Assembly (NCBI RefSeq): GCF_001457615.1
Contig: NZ_LN831024.1
Coordinates: forward strand, 2,550,001-2,582,000
Direction of reading: 5' to 3'
Length of the DNA stretch: 32,000 nucleotides
DNA from: Pseudomonas aeruginosa
GTDB taxonomy: Bacteria > Pseudomonadota > Gammaproteobacteria > Pseudomonadales > Pseudomonadaceae
Shown piece by piece: positions 27,380 to 32,000 of the stretch; the first letter of the stretch is position 1; every line of letters starts with the position of its first letter. Below the pieces are notes generated by a model. The model did not search any database. It had not been told where the DNA came from and worked only from the letters and a program-made list of their open reading frames with translations. A program made the translations under genes and the position numbers.

Positions 27380-27913
27380 ATGGGTTTTGAACAACTTGCC
27401 GAGCTGAGAGACCGTCTGCGCGCACAGGCGGCGCAGGCGAAACCGGCTCAAACCAAAAGCTCCGCGGGACGCGCGAAGAAACGTGAAGCCGTCGAGCCGG
27501 GAGTCGAGGCTATCTGGAGGCTGCAACGGCATTTTCCGCTGGCGTTTCCGAAAAGTCCCGCGGCCAAGGTTCCGCTCAAGCAGGGCATCCTCCAGGATGC
27601 GCAGCAGCACCTCGAACTACTGGGAATCACCGCCGAACAACTGAAACAGGCCATCGCCACCTGGTGCCAGGGCAGCCGCTACTGGAGTTGTATGGTGGAA
27701 GATGCGCCGCGACTGGATCTGCAAGGCCAGGTTGCCGGCAAGGTAACCGCCGAGCAGGCGGTGTATGCGCGGCGGCAGGCGTCTCGCCGGCAGCGCGAGC
27801 AGATGCGCGAGAAGCGCGCCAAGCGTGCACAGGCGGGTGGCGAAGCGCCGGCCGCCACGGAGGCGCCGACGCCTGAAGCGCCCGCAACCGAAGCGAGCCC
27901 CGAGGCGAACTGA
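27380..27913 (+). CDS. ProQ/FinO-domain RNA chaperone-like protein
   Basis: 177 aa from ATG 27380; AIWRLQRHFPLAFPKSPAAKVPLKQGILQDAQQHLE...LGITAEQLKQAIATWCQGSRYWSCMVEDAPRLDLQGQVAGKVTAEQAVYARRQ matches the ProQ/FinO core; charged and low-complexity tail. Confidence 0.88.
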   Translation: MGFEQLAELRDRLRAQAAQAKPAQTKSSAGRAKKREAVEPGVEAIWRLQRHFPLAFPKSPAAKVPLKQGILQDAQQHLELLGITAEQLKQAIATWCQGSRYWSCMVEDAPRLDLQGQVAGKVTAEQAVYARRQASRRQREQMREKRAKRAQAGGEAPAATEAPTPEAPATEASPEAN

Positions 27914-27968
27914 TCGCCGGGGCAGGGCGCGTCGGATCCTGGCGCGCTCCTCGGTTGCCGGTCGCTGC

Positions 27969-27995
27969 GGGCCCATTTCGCGGACGTCTGGGCCC
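27969..27995 (+). terminator. Terminator-like hairpin downstream of the proQ-like gene
   Basis: GGGCCCA...TGGGCCC 7-bp arms followed by GTTTCT. Confidence 0.45.
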
Positions 27996-28202
27996 GTTTC
28001 TCCCGGCTTGTGCTACGCAATAGCCTGATCTGCAAAGTTTTTTTCGTAGAGCGCTTGCCAAGCTCGGCGAATCCGTCCATAATTGCGTCCATTCCAGCGA
28101 TGGGTGAGCTAAAAATCTTTTGAAATCAAAGGGTTATAAGTTCAAAATCGCGCCAGGAAAGAAATTTCAGCGATATGCCAAACGCATGTCGCTTCGCTCA
28201 AA

Positions 28203-28276
28203 GGCTGAGTAGCAGAGTGGTTATGCACCGGATTGCAAATCCGTGAACGCCGGTTCGATTCCGACCTCAGCCTCCA
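28203..28276 (+). tRNA. tRNA-Cys (anticodon GCA)
   Basis: 74 nt GGCTGAGTAGCAGAGTGGTTATGCACCGGATTGCAAATCCGTGAACGCCGGTTCGATTCCGACCTCAGCCTCCA; full cloverleaf and encoded CCA. Confidence 0.98.
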
Positions 28277-28282
28277 ACAGGA

Positions 28283-28319
28283 AAGCCCCGTAGCTCAGTG
28301 AGTTACGGGGCTTTTTTCT
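28283..28319 (+). terminator. Rho-independent terminator downstream of tRNA-Cys
   Basis: AAGCCCCGTA GCTCAGTGAGT TACGGGGCTTTTTTCTT: strong stem and U run. Confidence 0.92.
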
Positions 28320-28667
28320 TTCCTGTCCGGTATTGCTGAAGCAAGTTCCTTGGGGTGCCCCCATAACGCTTTCATACTTTTACGGTCTCGCAACCGCCTC
28401 CCTTTCCCGATAACCGCTCCGTAATTGCTACTTTCCCGGAGTGTCCGAGGAGTACCCCAGCACCTGTCACGTTTTCGGCCGTTGCCTGCAATCCAGCCCC
28501 GTGCGCGGCTTTCATCTGGACGCAAGATCCGGTCTGGGTCGGTCATCGGCTGGTCGTCATCGAACATGACCAGCCGAGCCGGTCTGTCCTGCCGCCTGCC
28601 TTCCGGGCCTCTATCGATCAACCGTTGTGGCGACCGCGAGCGGAAGGCGCTCGGCGGAGGGCCCGTT

Positions 28668-29708
28668 TCATCTTGCCTTGCGTTTCAAGGAAACCGGCAG
28701 GCCCCAGGTCAGGTCTTCCATGCCTGCTTCGCCGAGTATCTCGGTTTTCATCGGCTGGATGCGCGCGAGCACCTGGCGGCCCGTTTCATCCAGCCTTGGC
28801 TGCTCGCGATCGATGAACCTTTTCGTCAGCTCCATGGGCGCTGGCCTCATGAAGACCTGGATATCCTGCAAGGCGCACTTGATGTTTTGCGTGTCCACGG
28901 CCTTGCAGGTCTTCCTGTCATAGCTCACGGCCGGGGTCTTCAAGTGGAACCGATCGCTGAGCAGGATCTGCCCAGGCTGAATGGTGAAGGACAGCGGGGC
29001 ATAGGCGTCGGGTATCTGCGCTTGCAGCTTGATGGAGGGAACGTCCTCGATCTTCGTGCCTTCGGCCCAACCGGCATCCGAGACCATTTCCCGCTGGCTG
29101 TATTGCTGCTCGGTCCAGCCCACGCATTGGCCGGAGGCCATGTGCACGGCGCTGCAGACATTCTGTGTGTAGGTTTTGTCTGCATAGGAGGCGTCGCGCC
29201 AGTAGTTCTCCTTCACGAACCGGCGATACAGCACGGCGGACAGGTTCACCGAACCAAGTGGGCTGGCAGCCGGCTGCCCCTTTGGCGCCTTGATCTGGGC
29301 AAGGGTGCTGTCGATCTTGTAGTCGATCCCTCCGGACAGCAGGTAGGTTCCCGGCGGGACGATGTTGACCTCGAGGAAGTCCCACAGATAGACGGCTTCC
29401 TTGATCTTCTCCAGGTCGTTGTTGGCAAAGGCCTGCATGTAGGCGATCCCGGGCACGTCCTTGTTCTTGAATATGACCCGATGCGAGTAGCTGGAGAGGT
29501 CCGTCACGCTCTTGTTGGGCATGAGTGCCGGTACCAGCACCACGGACATGCCTTCGCGGGTAGCCTCATCGATCATGTTCAGGAGCTGGTTGGTGGGGTT
29601 CTGCTGGGAGCCGCCGAGTCCGGCGTTGCCTAGGGAGGCGCAGGCTGACAACAGGCTTGCCGGGAGCAGGATCGCGAAGGGGCTCAGACGCCGAGCGATG
29701 GTTTTCAT
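28668..29708 (-). CDS. Putative lipoprotein of unknown function
   Basis: 346 aa; lipoprotein signal MKTIARRLSPFAILLPASLLSACAS; four further Cys residues in the mature chain; no recognised domain. Confidence 0.8.
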   Translation of the reverse strand: MKTIARRLSPFAILLPASLLSACASLGNAGLGGSQQNPTNQLLNMIDEATREGMSVVLVPALMPNKSVTDLSSYSHRVIFKNKDVPGIAYMQAFANNDLEKIKEAVYLWDFLEVNIVPPGTYLLSGGIDYKIDSTLAQIKAPKGQPAASPLGSVNLSAVLYRRFVKENYWRDASYADKTYTQNVCSAVHMASGQCVGWTEQQYSQREMVSDAGWAEGTKIEDVPSIKLQAQIPDAYAPLSFTIQPGQILLSDRFHLKTPAVSYDRKTCKAVDTQNIKCALQDIQVFMRPAPMELTKRFIDREQPRLDETGRQVLARIQPMKTEILGEAGMEDLTWGLPVSLKRKAR

Positions 29709-30131
29709 GAGATATCCTTATCTATACGGGCCAATGACTTAAGGCGAGTGCGGGAAGAATCCTAATCTACTCCTTGCGGATTCCCAAGGAGCGTTCGTCC
29801 CGCGCGTAGGAAGGAGCGTTTGAGTCGAGCGCGTCACAGCCTGTTGCTGCAATCCTGGGTACTCACATGCGTTCGAATGCTGGCGAGCCAGTGCGTACTG
29901 CGTTGGTGATGGCTCGCTGCGGGTAGAGTTCGTGCCGGTCATCGAGGGCTGGCTGCGTGGGGGCGCAATGAAGACGCGCATCCCAGCTCTTCTGGCGATT
30001 CGTGAGTGCGGATCAAATCTGTTTTACCGCCGTACGACTTTTTCCGTTCCCTGCGCCTATCTAACCTGCCGCTCTCTTCAACCCGGGATCGGCAGGCATC
30101 TCCGCTGCGGTTCCAGCATGTACGGAACACC

Positions 30132-30722
30132 ATGAAAAACATTCTCCTGCTCAACGGCGGAAAGCGTTTCGCCCATTCCGACGGTCGCCTCAACCAGACC
30201 CTGCACGAAACCGCCCTGGCCCATCTGGACCGCCGTGGCTTCGACCTGCGCCAGACCCTCATCGACGGTGGCTATGACATCCCGACGGAGGTGGACAAGT
30301 TCCTCTGGGCCGACGTGGTGATCTACCAGATGCCCGGCTGGTGGATGGGCGCGCCATGGACAGTGAAGCGCTACATCGACGAAGTCTTCACGGCCGGACA
30401 CGGCAGCCTCTATGCCAACGACGGTCGTACCCGCTCCGACAGCACGCAGAAATATGGCAGCGGCGGTCTGGTGCAGGGCAAGCGCTACATGATCTCGGCG
30501 ACCTGGAATGCACCACGGCAGGCGTTCGACGATCCGAGCGACTTCTTCGAGGGAAAAGGCGTGGATGCGGTGTATTTCCCCTTCCACAAGGCCAACCAGT
30601 TCCTCGGCATGTCCGGCCTGCCGACGTTCCTCGCGGTGGATGTGATGAAGCGCCCGGACGTCCCGGCTACCGTCGCTGCCTACCAGGCGCACCTGGACAG
30701 GGTGTTCGGGCGCGCCGGCTGA
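30132..30722 (+). CDS. MdaB-like NAD(P)H:quinone reductase (flavodoxin-like fold)
   Basis: 196 aa; MKNILLLNGGKRFAHSDGRLNQTLHETALAHL, VIYQMPGWWMGAPWTVKRYIDEVF. The ORF track start (30006) is upstream of the better ATG at 30132. Confidence 0.9.
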   Translation: MKNILLLNGGKRFAHSDGRLNQTLHETALAHLDRRGFDLRQTLIDGGYDIPTEVDKFLWADVVIYQMPGWWMGAPWTVKRYIDEVFTAGHGSLYANDGRTRSDSTQKYGSGGLVQGKRYMISATWNAPRQAFDDPSDFFEGKGVDAVYFPFHKANQFLGMSGLPTFLAVDVMKRPDVPATVAAYQAHLDRVFGRAG

Positions 30723-30956
30723 GTTCGACGGCGGGCCTCGTGTCGCTTCGCTGGATGGAGTGGCGGGTCGAAATCCAGGCTCTCGGGACGAGGCCTAATG
30801 GTCACGGATCCGCTATCCGGGCTTTTCTCGGCCACGACCCGCGAGTGATCCGAAATTCGATTTTTCCATCGATCCGTCGAATTAGATTTCATCGGGGACG
30901 GGCGGGAAAGGATGCTTTGCACGAATATTCGAATGGGCGCATCGTAAAATGAGCGC

Positions 30957-30975
30957 GCTTCGACCGTGTCGAAGC
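30957..30975. repeat. Inverted repeat GCTTCGAC-cgt-GTCGAAGC upstream of kynA
   Basis: Perfect 8-bp arms, 3-nt spacer, about 70 bp before the kynA ATG. Confidence 0.65.
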
Positions 30976-31046
30976 CACCCCCGACAACGTTGCCGGCAGG
31001 TCGCTCATCGACTTCCGACGCCTGCCGCCGAATTCAGGAGATTCAC

Positions 31047-31913
31047 ATGTGTCCTTGCCCTCACTCCCAGGCCCAGGGAGAAACGGACGGAGAGGCTGAG
31101 TGGCATAACGCCGCCCTGGACTTCACCCATGCGATGAGCTACGGCGATTACCTGAAGCTGGACAAGGTTCTGGACGCCCAGTTCCCGCTTTCGCCCGACC
31201 ACAACGAAATGCTGTTCATCATCCAGCACCAGACCTCGGAGCTATGGATGAAGCTGATGCTCCACGAACTGCGGGCCGCCCGGGAGCACGTCAAGTCAGG
31301 CAAGCTCGGTCCGGCGCTGAAAATGCTCGCCAGGGTTTCGCGGATCTTCGACCAGCTGGTACACGCCTGGGCGGTGCTGGCCACCATGACGCCGACCGAG
31401 TACAACACCATCCGCCCGTACCTGGGCCAGTCTTCCGGTTTCCAGTCCTACCAGTACCGCGAGATCGAATTCATCCTCGGCAACAAGAACGCCACCCTGC
31501 TCAAGCCCCATGCTCACCGTGCCGAGCTGCTGGCGGCCCTGGAGCAGGCCCTGCATACGCCGTCGCTATACGACGAAGCGATCCGCCTGATGGCCGCCCA
31601 GGGGTTGCCGGTAAGCCAGGAGCGGCTCGCCCGGGACGCGGCGGCCGGCACCTGTTACGAGGCCTCGGTGGAGGCGGCGTGGCGACAGGTCTACCAGGCG
31701 CCGGAACGCTACTGGGACCTGTATCAGCTGGCGGAGAAACTGATCGACCTGGAGGACTCGTTCCGCCAGTGGCGCTTCCGTCACGTGACCACGGTGGAGC
31801 GCATCATCGGTTTCAAACCCGGCACGGGCGGAACCGAGGGAGTGGGGTATCTGCGCAGCATGCTCGATACCATCCTCTTCCCCGAACTGTGGCGGCTCCG
31901 TTCCAACCTGTAG
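31047..31913 (+). CDS. kynA: Tryptophan 2,3-dioxygenase (kynurenine pathway)
   Basis: 288 aa from ATG 31047; [66 protein letters not shown]. Confidence 0.96.
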   Translation: MCPCPHSQAQGETDGEAEWHNAALDFTHAMSYGDYLKLDKVLDAQFPLSPDHNEMLFIIQHQTSELWMKLMLHELRAAREHVKSGKLGPALKMLARVSRIFDQLVHAWAVLATMTPTEYNTIRPYLGQSSGFQSYQYREIEFILGNKNATLLKPHAHRAELLAALEQALHTPSLYDEAIRLMAAQGLPVSQERLARDAAAGTCYEASVEAAWRQVYQAPERYWDLYQLAEKLIDLEDSFRQWRFRHVTTVERIIGFKPGTGGTEGVGYLRSMLDTILFPELWRLRSNL

Positions 31914-31920
31914 TACCGGA

Positions 31921-31947
31921 TGAGGCGCAGCATCCGCCTGCGCCTCA
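31921..31947 (+). terminator. Hairpin downstream of kynA
   Basis: TGAGGCGCAG-catccgc-CTGCGCCTCA: perfect 10-bp stem, 7-nt loop, no clear U tract. Confidence 0.5.
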
Positions 31948-32000
31948 GTCGTTGCCGGCGCCTCCCGCCGCCCACTCTTGCCGCAAAAGCCCCATGAGAA

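Noticed and set aside
28040-28080. Possible tRNA-Gly remnant (TAGAGCGCTTGCCAAGCTCGG) before tRNA-Cys
   Set aside because: It resembles an anticodon arm only over about 20 nt. No acceptor stem or T arm could be found, so there is insufficient support.
28425-29633. 402 aa plus-strand ORF opposite the lipoprotein gene
   Set aside because: The minus-strand frame has a proper lipoprotein signal peptide and balanced composition, and the plus-strand frame does not. The minus strand is preferred.

Overview
The window is a chromosomal segment that I recognise as Pseudomonas aeruginosa (or a very close relative). Gene content and order match the PAO1 block I recall as PA2603 down to PA2579; PA numbers are from memory and no database was searched. 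From left to right it contains: (a) an organosulfur block with a rhodanese gene cut by the window edge, a 3-mercaptopropionate dioxygenase-like gene broken by an apparent 1-nt frameshift, a LysR regulator, two LLM-class flavin monooxygenases, an acyl-CoA-dehydrogenase-like flavoprotein and four SsuA/TauA-like solute-binding proteins with no cognate permease or ATPase; (b) a quorum-sensing-rich block with qteE, a PotF-like binding protein, vqsR with a las-box-like operator, an STN-containing TonB-dependent receptor, an MFS transporter, an AraC regulator, pqsH, gacA, uvrC and pgsA; (c) tRNA-Gly and tRNA-Cys flanking an insertion that carries a BvgS-like hybrid sensor kinase and a ProQ/FinO-domain gene; (d) a lipoprotein gene, a flavodoxin-fold quinone reductase and kynA. 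I found no CRISPR array, integrase, transposase, phage or recognisable defence system. The observations most worth checking are the dioxygenase frameshift, the multi-SBP cluster without a transporter, the kinase/ProQ block between the two tRNAs, and several unexplained dyads upstream of pqsH, kynA and the TonB receptor gene. I see no convincing evidence of a wholly new biological system.
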